Positions 1 through 9,363 of a stretch of 44,335 bases of DNA are shown here, piece by piece. This DNA is from Sulfurospirillum sp. (GTDB taxonomy: Bacteria > Campylobacterota > Campylobacteria > Campylobacterales > Sulfurospirillaceae), in NCBI GenBank assembly GCA_036171535.1, contig JAVHRG010000177.1, positions 1-44,335 on the forward strand. The letters run 5' to 3'. How positions within the stretch are numbered: the stretch's first letter is position 1; each line of letters begins with the position of its first letter. The position numbers were made by a program, and so were the translations under genes. The notes beneath the pieces are model-generated. The model worked only from the letters and a program-made list of their open reading frames with translations, was not told where the DNA came from and searched no databases.

Positions 1-281
1 ATTGTAAGGTACTGTTAAACGCCCCACTCTCTTCTATTAAGACCGCTTCTTTTTTTTCTAATGCAAATATTCTTTTATCACTCCCTTTGGCAACGACCAC
101 AGGACGACCTTTTAAAAAAGGATAACGCGTGCGTTCTGCCGATACAAAATAACAATCTAAATCCATATGTAGTTTCAAGGTTTCTCTTTACATGTAAGCT
201 TTTATTTCAAAGTGTAATATTTAATCAAGAGGTGTCAAAAATAAGTGATAATATGTCAACTAAACGATGAAGGACGATTGA

Positions 282-938
282 ATGGAACTTGGGCGTGTTA
301 TTGATAATCTCAAAGATGTGTTAAGTTATGAGCTTGGCAATAAAAGGGTTTATGATAAAGATGTTGCACAAGCTCTTGGCATATCCAAAGAGAGCTTATC
401 CCATTTAAAAAAGCGCAACAGTGTTCCTTATGAAGCTATTGTCTATTTTTGTGCCAAAAGAAGCTTATCGATTAATTGGATTTTGTTTGACCAGGTGCCA
501 AAGTCTTTGGAAGAAAAAACAGAAAAATTTGCCCGTATCAAATACTTCAAAGAACTTCACACCAGTGCAGGCGGTGGGGCGTGGAATGATGAAGAGGGGT
601 TTGAGTACATGTACATCGATTACGAGGGATTAAATACACTTTTACACTTAAAAGAAGAATATCTTCACGCCATTAATGTGATTGGTGATTCTATGGAACC
701 GACTTTGAGAGATAAAGAGATTGTGATATGTGATGTTACATGTAAGGAAATTATCGATGGAAATATCTACATTATCAATACTCCAAACAGTGGCTTGCTT
801 ATCAAACGCCTTACATGTAGAGATGAAAAGCTCTCTATCATGAGCGATAATCCACAATATCTTGATGAAGTCGTCAATATCTGCCATGAGAACATTCATG
901 TCTTGGGTCGTGTCCTTGGCGCATTGGCGGAGATGTAA
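282..938 (+). CDS. CI/LexA-like repressor: N-terminal HTH plus S24 peptidase domain
   Basis: HTH-like DVAQALGISKESLSHLKKR; AGGG cleavage-type motif; S24 catalytic GDSMEP and LLIKRL; ends SDNPQY...VLGRV. RBS AAGGA upstream. Confidence 0.9.
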   Translation: MELGRVIDNLKDVLSYELGNKRVYDKDVAQALGISKESLSHLKKRNSVPYEAIVYFCAKRSLSINWILFDQVPKSLEEKTEKFARIKYFKELHTSAGGGAWNDEEGFEYMYIDYEGLNTLLHLKEEYLHAINVIGDSMEPTLRDKEIVICDVTCKEIIDGNIYIINTPNSGLLIKRLTCRDEKLSIMSDNPQYLDEVVNICHENIHVLGRVLGALAEM

Positions 939-939
939 A

Positions 940-1062
940 ATGCAAATACGCCCTATTCTTATCCGCTTAGAATATGATAAGACACTGTGTACCAAAAGAA
1001 GTTATGGAAAATACCTCTTTTTCATCATTGCTTTTATGGGAATTATAGTGTTTTACATGTAA
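940..1062 (+). CDS. Small membrane protein (40 aa, MQIRPILIRL...FMGIIVFYM)
   Basis: ATG at 940 directly after the S24 stop, GGAG at 929-932, hydrophobic C-terminus. Confidence 0.55.
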   Translation: MQIRPILIRLEYDKTLCTKRSYGKYLFFIIAFMGIIVFYM

Positions 1063-1064
1063 AG
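1029..1064 (+). repeat. 36-bp imperfect direct repeat, copy A (pairs with 2295-2330)
   Basis: TGCTTTTATGGGAATTATAGTGTTTTACATGTAAAG, 31/36 identical to copy B. Confidence 0.8.
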
Positions 1065-1191
1065 AAAAATAAGCGCAATCAAGTACGCGATTGATGTGGA
1101 TTTGTAAAATAGTATCAAGATAGATTTAGCTATTGAACTAAATATTTTATTTAGCTAAGATACTGTTTAGTAAAACAACTAAAGGCATACT

Positions 1192-2268
1192 ATGAGAATC
1201 AATGCAGGTGGACTATCTGAATTAATGGTGGGTCGCCATAACGAAGTGACTACGCTAAAAGCGTACATCCAAATGGGGCAACACTGTGCGATTGTAGGAC
1301 CAAGAAGATACGGTAAAACCACACTGGTCAATACAGTTTTGTCTGATTTAAACAAAGAGTATCTTGTGATTACGCTTGATGTGTTTAATGCATCAAGCAT
1401 CAGAGAACTTTGTATGCTCTATATTGATGCAGTCTATGAAAGCCATGGTGTATCACATTTTATCAAACACACCAAAGAAGCCCTTTTGGATATTGCTTCT
1501 CGTTTTTCACTGGAACTTCAAGATGTTAAGCTTGGATACGATGCTTTAAAAGAAGAGGATGAGAGCGTTCTTATTCAAAAGACATTTGAACTAGCCGAAG
1601 TGTTTGCGGAGCGTTTTCATAAAAAAGCTGTGGTATTTTTCGATGAGTTTGGTGATATGGAACGATTTGGTACTGACATTATCAAAAAGATGCGAAGCAT
1701 TTTTCAAACACATAAGCATACGGTCTATATCTTTGCAGGATCTCAAGCGTCAACAATGAACACTATTTTTTTAGATAAAAGCAACGCATTTTTCAATTTC
1801 GCTTCGATTATGAAACTTGGCACTCTAGAAGACAAAGAGATTTCTACCTTTTTGACGGGTTTAAACATTCAATCAAGCGCATTGATTCTTGAAGCCAGTG
1901 CTCTTATCCAAACGATTGTGAAAGGGCATCCATTTTATCTTATCAAATTGATTCAAGAGTCTTACATTGCCTCTCTTTTAAGAGTGGATACCCATATTCA
2001 AACAGAAGATGTTGAAAAAGCTGTCAATAAAATCTTGTTTGACAATAAATCATTCTTCGAATCAGAATGGAGTAAAATCAATGCTAAAAAGCACAAAGGT
2101 TTGATCTTAAAAGAGTTGATTGGAGTTGCTATTGAACAAAGTAAAGAACTCTCACTCTCTTATAAAAGTCAACTTCTCAAAGAGCTTAAAGACCAAACTA
2201 TCATCGATGAAGAGAAAAAATTTGTGGATGTTTTTTTTGAGCTATGGTTAATCAAAGAGTTTACGTAG
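1192..2268 (+). CDS. AAA+/archaeal-type P-loop ATPase (ATP-binding protein)
   Basis: VGRxxE motif, Walker A GPRRYGKTT, Walker B VVFFDEF, FAGS, GHPFY. Confidence 0.85.
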   Translation: MRINAGGLSELMVGRHNEVTTLKAYIQMGQHCAIVGPRRYGKTTLVNTVLSDLNKEYLVITLDVFNASSIRELCMLYIDAVYESHGVSHFIKHTKEALLDIASRFSLELQDVKLGYDALKEEDESVLIQKTFELAEVFAERFHKKAVVFFDEFGDMERFGTDIIKKMRSIFQTHKHTVYIFAGSQASTMNTIFLDKSNAFFNFASIMKLGTLEDKEISTFLTGLNIQSSALILEASALIQTIVKGHPFYLIKLIQESYIASLLRVDTHIQTEDVEKAVNKILFDNKSFFESEWSKINAKKHKGLILKELIGVAIEQSKELSLSYKSQLLKELKDQTIIDEEKKFVDVFFELWLIKEFT

Positions 2269-2294
2269 TGAACGATGCATCACCCCACCTCTAG

Positions 2295-2330
2295 TGCTTT
2301 TATGGGTATAATACTGCTTTACATGTAAGG
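2295..2330 (+). repeat. 36-bp imperfect direct repeat, copy B; contains TATAAT and TTACATGTAA
   Basis: TGCTTTTATGGGTATAATACTGCTTTACATGTAAGG. Confidence 0.8.
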
Positions 2331-2337
2331 AAGAATT

Positions 2338-2919
2338 ATGAGTGTATTAGAATTAAAAATAACCCTTTTGGATACAAAGCCATCCGTCTATAGAACCATC
2401 CACATTGAAAAAATACGCTCATTTTATGACCTTCATGTCGCCATTCAACTGGCTTTTGGGTGGCAAAATTACCATCTATACGAATTTAGAATCAATGAGG
2501 ATATCATTGGCGAAAATGAATTTGATGGAGAAACCGATGTCCTTGAAAGTAGCAATATTCTTCTTTCTCAAAAGATGATTTTTGAAAAGCAGAAGTGTTT
2601 TTATACCTACGATTTTGGAGATAATTGGGAACACAAGATTGAGCTTGTCAAATTTGTAGAACCTAAAAAAACCTTTTACCCTCAATGCGTCAAAGGGGCT
2701 AAAAATGCTCCTCCTGAAGACTGCGGTGGGGTGGGGGGCTTTGAAGAGTTTAAAGCCATTATGAAAGATAAAAAACATCCACAGCACAAAGAAATGAAAG
2801 ATTGGAATGATGGTCTCTTTGATGAAGACTTTTTTTCATTAGCTTTGGTCAATCAAGCCTTTGAAAGTTTTGATGCAACGCTAAAGGAGTTCAAAGAACA
2901 TGATGAAGATACAATGTAA
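2338..2919 (+). CDS. Plasmid pRiA4b ORF-3 family protein
   Basis: LHVAIQLAFGWQNYHLYEF, YTYDFGDNWEH and APPEDCGG are family signatures. Confidence 0.9.
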   Translation: MSVLELKITLLDTKPSVYRTIHIEKIRSFYDLHVAIQLAFGWQNYHLYEFRINEDIIGENEFDGETDVLESSNILLSQKMIFEKQKCFYTYDFGDNWEHKIELVKFVEPKKTFYPQCVKGAKNAPPEDCGGVGGFEEFKAIMKDKKHPQHKEMKDWNDGLFDEDFFSLALVNQAFESFDATLKEFKEHDEDTM

Positions 2920-3160
2920 CATCTGCCAAGGTAGTGGAAGACTAAACGATGGCACTTTGTGCTCTGCGTGTGATGGAATAGGCGAACTTGTTTCACTCAA
3001 CTTTACCATCTCCCAACAAAAGCTCAATGATTTTATGCTTTTTTCCAATAGACTCAGACACGATACCTTTATGGAATACGCCGACCCAAACCATAAAGAA
3101 GCTGAAACTGAGCGATTTAAGCGCGCCGTTTATGCTTTAGTAAAAGAGTTCGAGGGATGA
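2900..3160 (+). CDS. Small protein with N-terminal CxxCxGxG zinc finger
   Basis: CNICQGSG...CSACDGIG; AAGGAG RBS at about 2884. Confidence 0.7.
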   Translation: MMKIQCNICQGSGRLNDGTLCSACDGIGELVSLNFTISQQKLNDFMLFSNRLRHDTFMEYADPNHKEAETERFKRAVYALVKEFEG

Positions 3161-3221
3161 GGCGCGCATTGGTAGAAATAACAAACAAGAAATATCCTTT
3201 ATAATTTTAATGACTATAGCT

Positions 3222-3512
3222 TTAGATGAAGCGTTTTTTGCTGTTTTTATACACTTCAAATAACGCTTCATCTTTGATTTTTAAAAGCTCTTGAGCATCC
3301 TCTATAGCTTCCAATCCTCTTAAGACATCAATAAATTTCTCCAAGGTTATTTTTCCACTGATTTCAAACTCTTGATATGAGCGAAAACTCATCCCGATAT
3401 GTTCTGCGAACTGTTTTTGAGTACCATTTTTCTTTCGCTTTTTTTTTGCTCTTGAGGCAAGTTCTTTGATAATCTCCTGCGTTGTTGCTAACGTAAAATC
3501 TATCTCGCTCAC
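3222..3512 (-). CDS. XRE/HTH protein, HipB-like antitoxin
   Basis: TQKQFAEHIGMSFRSYQEFE HTH; start overlaps the hipA-like stop. Confidence 0.8.
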   Translation of the reverse strand: MSEIDFTLATTQEIIKELASRAKKKRKKNGTQKQFAEHIGMSFRSYQEFEISGKITLEKFIDVLRGLEAIEDAQELLKIKDEALFEVYKNSKKRFI

Positions 3513-4789
3513 TTACTCACTCCTTTGGCAAAGCTATCATCTACGGTTTGTGTACTTTCAAGTACCTGTAAAGCAAATTCTTTAGGAATACCAAGATTGA
3601 TACACTCATTTACTAGTTTTGTGTTCTTTATCTCTATCATTTTTTGTATCGTTTCTTCTAAAAATGACTCATCTATATTGTAAGGCTTAAACGTATTTTT
3701 TAAATCTTCAAATGTGGCACGGTTAAGCACCTTACTGCCAAGTAGCATCTGATGATAGCCGTTACTTGTATAGGTTAAATCATAAGCAGGAGCAAATGCC
3801 CACTTCCCATCACTATTCATAAGAAATGAAAAATTTTTTGAATGATCATCTTTGTTTCCAAAAATGGCATTAAACAAAATTACCTTTGCCATTTGCTCTT
3901 TTTGGCTTTGTGGAAGGTTAAGTTTATTGGCTATTCTAAACATATCCATATAGTCGTTATACGTTTCGCTTGGGTTATAATGCATCATGCCTGAGAGTGA
4001 ATGGATATGAAATCTAACATTGATTTTTCTATCAAATCTATAGGTTAAAAAATGGGCTTTTCCATCAAATTCTAATAATTCACATGAACTCATTATAATG
4101 CCAGACTCTTTTGCAAGTAGATGATATAAATATTCCAATTTTGTAGGAACAGAAAACTCTTTGTATTTATGCGCTAACGTGGGGTACATTGATATATCAC
4201 CATCATCATATTTGATAATAACAGGATAATACTCTTTTGGAAAATCTCCTTGTTTTCTAGTCAAACTTATTGTTTTATCACTAGGATTAAATCCGACTAT
4301 TGCTTTTGCTCTAGCACCTCCACCAGCAGAGTTTGAGAGTGCAATAAGTGTTTTTAATGTTGGCATAGAATGATGATTGTTTTGGCTTTCATGACTCAAA
4401 AGTTTTTTAGACTCATCATATACTTGAGATATCGTTAATATCTCTTTATAATCTTGCGTTTGATATGCGGGATGAAACTCCAAAGCACCCAATGTATGAG
4501 TGCCTAAAAATTGCAATCTCTCCATAATGGTAGGTTTTCTTTTTAGATGTTCACATATAAAACGATCCATATAATCCATACCATAACTGCCAGGTAAATG
4601 GTCACTGATTAAACCAGGAAGTCCATACTGATAGGCAAGATGAGAAAATTCATAAACTTGTTTATTTTTCATAGGCATTTTAATAGGAGAAAAATCAAGT
4701 ACATTTGTATCTGAATATTTAAACTTGATTATCCCTTTATGCTCTACGAGTTGGCCAATATCCTCTCCCCATGCTTTCACATAAATCAT
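3509..4789 (-). CDS. hipA: HipA-family Ser/Thr kinase toxin
   Basis: N-terminal couple_hipA region, AGGGARAK P-loop, RFDR, GNKDDHSKNFSFL, APAYDL. Confidence 0.92.
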   Translation of the reverse strand: MIYVKAWGEDIGQLVEHKGIIKFKYSDTNVLDFSPIKMPMKNKQVYEFSHLAYQYGLPGLISDHLPGSYGMDYMDRFICEHLKRKPTIMERLQFLGTHTLGALEFHPAYQTQDYKEILTISQVYDESKKLLSHESQNNHHSMPTLKTLIALSNSAGGGARAKAIVGFNPSDKTISLTRKQGDFPKEYYPVIIKYDDGDISMYPTLAHKYKEFSVPTKLEYLYHLLAKESGIIMSSCELLEFDGKAHFLTYRFDRKINVRFHIHSLSGMMHYNPSETYNDYMDMFRIANKLNLPQSQKEQMAKVILFNAIFGNKDDHSKNFSFLMNSDGKWAFAPAYDLTYTSNGYHQMLLGSKVLNRATFEDLKNTFKPYNIDESFLEETIQKMIEIKNTKLVNECINLGIPKEFALQVLESTQTVDDSFAKGVSK

Positions 4790-4802
4790 TTTTTATCCTT
4801 AA

Positions 4803-4860
4803 ATACATTTATAGTGTATATTTTATCATAATATAACTAATATATACATCTATAATGTAT
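4803..4860. promoter_or_regulatory. Two palindromic operator-like sites upstream of the hipA-HTH operon
   Basis: ATACATTTATAGTGTAT (4803-4819) and ATACATCTATAATGTAT (4844-4860), both ATACA-N7-TGTAT. Confidence 0.55.
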
Positions 4861-5249
4861 TTTAATACTTATCCAAGACAAGTGTGATAAAATTGAGAGT
4901 CTAAAAAAGCTTGATTCTAAGAATTTTCTGGCTTTTTTTGATATTTTATAAGCAATTTTTGAACAAAGAAGAGCACCATCAACTAAGAATGCTACTTTAA
5001 GCCCCCCCTATTCTCTTCTATGACGCTTACTCTTGTTTGGGAGTACATTCCCCTTCAATAGTTTCTTTTTATTGAATGTTAAGCCTTCTAGACCACTTTA
5101 TAGCGTTTTTTTATCGATGCCCTCCGTGTAAAATGTCTAATCGTTGTAGATACAGGCATTTTTTAACTCAAAATATGCGTTTTGTAGAATTTTCCTATGA
5201 TGAGGACTTGGGAATTTTGAACTGAATGTTTTACGCGCTTGAAGGATTT

Positions 5250-5405
5250 TTATGATTTTGTAGATTTACCAGGTATGTGTTTTTCTTTGATGGAGGGGCG
5301 ATATATCACATCTTGCTCGGAAAAGCTTTTCTTTTTAGGCTTAATGAGGGAAAGAGCAAGCACAAAGAATAGCAGCGTGATTGAAACACCCATAATGATT
5401 TCCAT
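5250..5405 (-). CDS. 51-aa single-pass membrane microprotein (paralog of 34894-35058)
   Basis: Manual translation MEIIMGVSITLLFFVLALSLIKPKKKSFSEQDVIYRPSIKEKHIPGKSTKS; strong RBS GGAGGGAGG; below the ORF-track cutoff. Confidence 0.75.
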   Translation of the reverse strand: MEIIMGVSITLLFFVLALSLIKPKKKSFSEQDVIYRPSIKEKHIPGKSTKS

Positions 5406-5476
5406 GGCCTCCCTCCCCTTCTTTTTGGTTTTTAAAATGGTATTTTAGCAAAATACTTGGACACATAGGTCTCATC

Positions 5477-6250
5477 TTATAATCTAAAACTATCCATCAC
5501 TTCTTTGATAGCTTTTTCAAACGCTTCTTTCTTTTTTTCATCCATCGATGTTAAAAATGATGCCCTAAGCTTTATCCCTTGATGGTCGTATGCAATTTTA
5601 AAATCATTTTCAACCATCACTTCTTTACTCTTTTTGGGCTTGAGCGTTTTAACCATTCGCAAGAGCTCTTGGCGTCCAATTTTGCTTTCTTGATACATAA
5701 TGAAAAGTTCGTATTGTTTATCTTTGTCTTTGACACAATTAGAGAGTTCATATAAAAGAGTCTCATCTTTTCGTGCCGCTTTGTGCATTGCATAATAGTC
5801 ATGAATTTTTTGGTTCAAATCTAAAATTTTGATTGAACGAGAAATTTCTGGTTTGCTTTTGCCAATTTTATTGGCAAGCTCAGTGAGAGAAAGTCCTGAA
5901 TCAAGGGCATCTTGGTAAGCTTTTGCTATTTCGACAGGATTTAGATTCTTGCGTTGTAAGTTTTCAACCAACGCTGTAAAACGAGATTCTTTGCTGTGTG
6001 CATCTATGTCCGAAACGATTGCCTCTATCTCTTTTCTGCCAAGTCTTTTATACGCCATCACTCTTCTGTGGCCAAACATAACAAAGTACTTGCCATCTGT
6101 TTGATCGTAAGAGACTTTAATGGTTTGAATCAGACCATTTTCATCGATTGATTTTGCAAGCTCTACGATGTCTGGATCATCAATAGAGACATGAAAGCGC
6201 GGCTGAAATGGATTGTCTTTGAGTTGGTCTAGCTTAATTTTTTTCAACAT
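5477..6250 (-). CDS. ParB/RepB/Spo0J-family protein (orphan, no adjacent parA)
   Basis: NPFQPR, LAKSIDENGLIQ, GHRR, ALVENLQRKNLNPVE, HTH ELANKIGKS. Confidence 0.9.
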   Translation of the reverse strand: MLKKIKLDQLKDNPFQPRFHVSIDDPDIVELAKSIDENGLIQTIKVSYDQTDGKYFVMFGHRRVMAYKRLGRKEIEAIVSDIDAHSKESRFTALVENLQRKNLNPVEIAKAYQDALDSGLSLTELANKIGKSKPEISRSIKILDLNQKIHDYYAMHKAARKDETLLYELSNCVKDKDKQYELFIMYQESKIGRQELLRMVKTLKPKKSKEVMVENDFKIAYDHQGIKLRASFLTSMDEKKKEAFEKAIKEVMDSFRL

Positions 6251-6433
6251 TGTCTACCTCCCACCAATAAGTTTATATGGATGATTATACCCATTAATCA
6301 ATGAAAAAATAACATTGGTAAAATTTAAATTCACTAGCACACCCTCTTATTCACTTCTGCATGCTTAAAAATATAGCACGCTCAAATGATGGTATCTTTA
6401 GCGCTATAAAGCCTAAAAATAGGCATCCCATAG

Positions 6434-6449
6434 ATTTCGCATGCGAAAT
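6434..6449. promoter_or_regulatory. Perfect 16-bp palindrome, candidate binding site for the orphan ParB
   Basis: ATTTCGCATGCGAAAT in the divergent intergenic region. Confidence 0.5.
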
Positions 6450-6619
6450 ATAAATAGAAAAAATATCATTTAACCTCTCTAAAAAAGTTTTACTCTAAGC
6501 ATTTTCTCTTTGCTTTATAGGGTTATAAATACTATATTTGTATCCAAAAAATAATAAATGTGCCAAATAATATTTTATAATTTGTTAAAATGCGGTCAAT
6601 TAAAATTTTGGAGTTACCC

Positions 6620-7081
6620 ATGACACACGAAGAAGAAAACTCAGCTGCTGAGCATAAATCGTTTACCAGAGATGAAATTTTACAATTTAATGAACAGCGC
6701 AAAAATGATCGTATTGCAAAAGCATCCGATAGAAATGCGTTTGTTGCTATTCCAGAAGGAGGTGAAAGCCAAGTTTTTTACTCTCTAGGTCGTAGCATTG
6801 ATGCTATTTTTAGAACTTCACGCAGACAAGAGCTAAAACTAAACGTAATCCCCATTCTTGAAATGGAAGCCACCTTGGAATACAAAAAGGCATTGGTAGA
6901 GTTTTCCGCCAAATTAAGCGTTATTGGCAAGAAACTTGGCAAAGATTATATTGAAAGCCCTATTATTAAAGATTTCCGTAAAAATATAGAATCCGAGGAG
7001 AGGGCACTTAATCATATCAAAGAGACGCTAATGCCTTCTGCAGAGCCTCTTGAAGTAAAAGAAAAACCATCAAAAAAGTAG
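6620..7081 (+). CDS. Hypothetical protein (helical; start probably MTHEE)
   Basis: Long ORF; GGAG RBS before ATG 6620; co-oriented with the transglycosylase. Confidence 0.7.
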   Translation: MTHEEENSAAEHKSFTRDEILQFNEQRKNDRIAKASDRNAFVAIPEGGESQVFYSLGRSIDAIFRTSRRQELKLNVIPILEMEATLEYKKALVEFSAKLSVIGKKLGKDYIESPIIKDFRKNIESEERALNHIKETLMPSAEPLEVKEKPSKK

Positions 7082-7085
7082 ATCT

Positions 7086-7544
7086 ATGGGCACAAAATGG
7101 ATTGTATGCATCCTTTTTTGCCTCAAGACCGTGTACGGACACGATAAGAGCTTATTCGAAAAATACGGCAATCGCTACAGTATTCCCTCACAACTTTTAT
7201 GGGGGATTGCCAAAATAGAGAGTAATTTTAATCCATTCGCTTTTAACGCAAACACAAACGGCACTTACGACATAGGTCTGATGCAAATCAATACCATTCA
7301 CCTTCGTTTACTTAATGAGAATGGTATTGAGATAAATGATTTATTTCACCCAGAAACCAATATTGCTGTAGGCTCGTTTATTCTCTCACAGTGTTTTCAA
7401 AAGCATGGTCTTAACTGGAAAGGACTCACATGCTACAATGGGCGCATAGAGGGTAATGATTATGCCATGAAAGTACTCTCTGGTATCACGCGTGAAGCCA
7501 ACAAAAACAAAAGCCTAGTTGTGCATCATCCAAACAGCCCTTAA
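7086..7544 (+). CDS. Lytic transglycosylase (SLT; VirB1/gene19-like)
   Basis: Signal peptide; IAKIESNFNP catalytic Glu, DIGLMQIN, NIAVG, CYN. Confidence 0.9.
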   Translation: MGTKWIVCILFCLKTVYGHDKSLFEKYGNRYSIPSQLLWGIAKIESNFNPFAFNANTNGTYDIGLMQINTIHLRLLNENGIEINDLFHPETNIAVGSFILSQCFQKHGLNWKGLTCYNGRIEGNDYAMKVLSGITREANKNKSLVVHHPNSP

Positions 7545-7771
7545 GAACGTGTCCTCATTTTAAGAAAAAAATGTGTGATAGGCGTTGCTTAACATCGTTA
7601 AAGGTTAGATATATGGGCGTTAGACAAATTAATGTTAATGAATAAAAGTGATAAAAAACAGTTTTTTAGAAGAGTACTTAGTAGACATTTTTTGCTGATG
7701 TGTTCTATTAATTGATTATGATTTGAAGGTTTATACTTTTAGTCTCGGGTGATATACACAAAGGTCCTCTT

Positions 7772-9169
7772 ATGATGTTAACGCAAGAACAGCTAGAAAT
7801 TCTAAGCAATGTCAAGCAAATGTGTGCCAATGAGATATTAAAAATTAACGCATTTGCAGGTACAGGCAAAACATCTACGTTAATGGCGATTACCAAAGCA
7901 CTTCCTCATAAACAATTTTTATATCTTGCCTTCAATCGCTCTATTGTACAAGAATGCAAAATGAAATTTCCTGCCAATGTTACTATTCTCACCACCCATT
8001 CTTTGGCTTTTAGAAAAATCGCCCTCCCCTACTACATCCAGCAAGGACACGAGATTCATGATGGGAATTACAAACCAGCTCAAATCGCTAATCTTTATGG
8101 TGTAGAAAATCTTCTAGCATATGAAGCATTGTGTGTACTTGAAGAATTTTTTACTTCAGATACACGTGAACTATCGTCTAAAACAAGTGATGCGCATACC
8201 CTAGCCTATACAATCTACCGTGATATGATAGAGCACAGGCGTGACATTACCCACTCATTTTATTTAAAACAATATCAACTTCTCCAAGATAAAGAGCATC
8301 CTAAGTATGATTACATCCTTCTTGATGAGGGGCAAGATACCAATGATGTCACTTTGGATATATTTCTAAACTTCGATGCTGCCAAAATCATTGTAGGAGA
8401 TACCCATCAAGCAATTTACGGCTGGAGAGGTGCTCGAAATGCCATGGATAAAATTCAAGCAGATGCCAACCATTACTTAAGCACGACATTTAGGTGCTCG
8501 CAGCACATAGTGGATAGGGCTAATTTTGTATTAAAAAACTACAAATCAGAAGATGTTAAGATAATTTCGGGCTGCAGCTTGGAACCTAAAGATGAAAGCT
8601 ATGCGGTCATTACACGAACCAATGCAAAAATTATTGAAAATATAGCCGAATACGAAGATGAATACAGACTGGTAAAATGTCCTCAATCTATATTTGAGAC
8701 TGCCATTACTCTTCATTTTTGGCTCAATGGAGCGTTTGAAAAAATAACAAACCCTTCCTTTGAATATCTTAAAACATTTAAAAATAAAACTCACTTAGAT
8801 CAATACATTGAAGAAACAAATTCTATTGAACTTAAATCATCTCTTTTAATAGCACAAAGATACAAAAAAAGTATTTTTGCTATCTATAAAAAAGCAAAAA
8901 ATGCTTACAGAGGAAATTTAGATCAATCTAAAAAGTCTAGAAATGAGAAAGATTCACAAATATTCCTTTTATCAGGCCATACAAGCAAAGGTTTAGAATT
9001 CGATAGCGTAGAACTTGAAAATGATTTTCCAGCTCTAAAAGAAATTTATCAAAAAGAATCTAAAAGTACACAAGAACTTATAGAAGAGGCTAATTTATAT
9101 TATGTTGCTTTAACTAGAGCAAAATATAAACTTACCGATAATTCTAAAAACCAGCTGATTTTTATATAA
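7772..9169 (+). CDS. UvrD/Rep-like SF1 helicase
   Basis: AFAGTGKT, LAFN, LLDEGQD, VGDTHQAIYGWRGA, TFRC, HTSKGLEFD, YVALTRA. Confidence 0.92.
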   Translation: MMLTQEQLEILSNVKQMCANEILKINAFAGTGKTSTLMAITKALPHKQFLYLAFNRSIVQECKMKFPANVTILTTHSLAFRKIALPYYIQQGHEIHDGNYKPAQIANLYGVENLLAYEALCVLEEFFTSDTRELSSKTSDAHTLAYTIYRDMIEHRRDITHSFYLKQYQLLQDKEHPKYDYILLDEGQDTNDVTLDIFLNFDAAKIIVGDTHQAIYGWRGARNAMDKIQADANHYLSTTFRCSQHIVDRANFVLKNYKSEDVKIISGCSLEPKDESYAVITRTNAKIIENIAEYEDEYRLVKCPQSIFETAITLHFWLNGAFEKITNPSFEYLKTFKNKTHLDQYIEETNSIELKSSLLIAQRYKKSIFAIYKKAKNAYRGNLDQSKKSRNEKDSQIFLLSGHTSKGLEFDSVELENDFPALKEIYQKESKSTQELIEEANLYYVALTRAKYKLTDNSKNQLIFI

Positions 9170-9221
9170 ATCATTACTCTATTAAAGATTCGTGCTAAAG
9201 ATTTTAATTATTCTATAAAAC

Positions 9222-9257
9222 TTTTTGATTACCCGTTATGTAACGGGTAATCAAAAA
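9222..9257. promoter_or_regulatory. parS-like palindrome 1
   Basis: TTTTTGATTACCCGTTA-TG-TAACGGGTAATCAAAAA, perfect 17-bp arms. Confidence 0.8.
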
Positions 9258-9275
9258 AAATAATTATATGTATTC

Positions 9276-9304
9276 TTGCAATCAGATTAAAAAATATGTA
9301 TAAT
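9276..9304 (+). promoter_or_regulatory. Sigma70-type promoter of parAB
   Basis: TTGCAA-17 nt-TATAAT, lying between two parS-like palindromes. Confidence 0.65.
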
Positions 9305-9330
9305 TCATCTCATGGTAAAAAAATATTATT

Positions 9331-9350
9331 TACCCGTTATATAACGGGTA
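9331..9350. promoter_or_regulatory. parS-like palindrome 2
   Basis: TACCCGTTATATAACGGGTA, perfect 20-bp palindrome just before the parA RBS. Confidence 0.8.
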
Positions 9351-9363
9351 TCAAGGAATTAAA

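Noticed and set aside
61-270. 69-aa ORF and the many short ORFs overlapping long genes
   Set aside because: No RBS or motif; consistent with chance ORFs in AT-rich DNA.
5239-5448. 69-aa plus-strand ORF
   Set aside because: Antisense shadow of the better-supported 5250-5405 minus-strand microprotein.
6260-6600. oriT in the parB2-transglycosylase intergenic region
   Set aside because: No recognisable nic consensus and no relaxase in the window.
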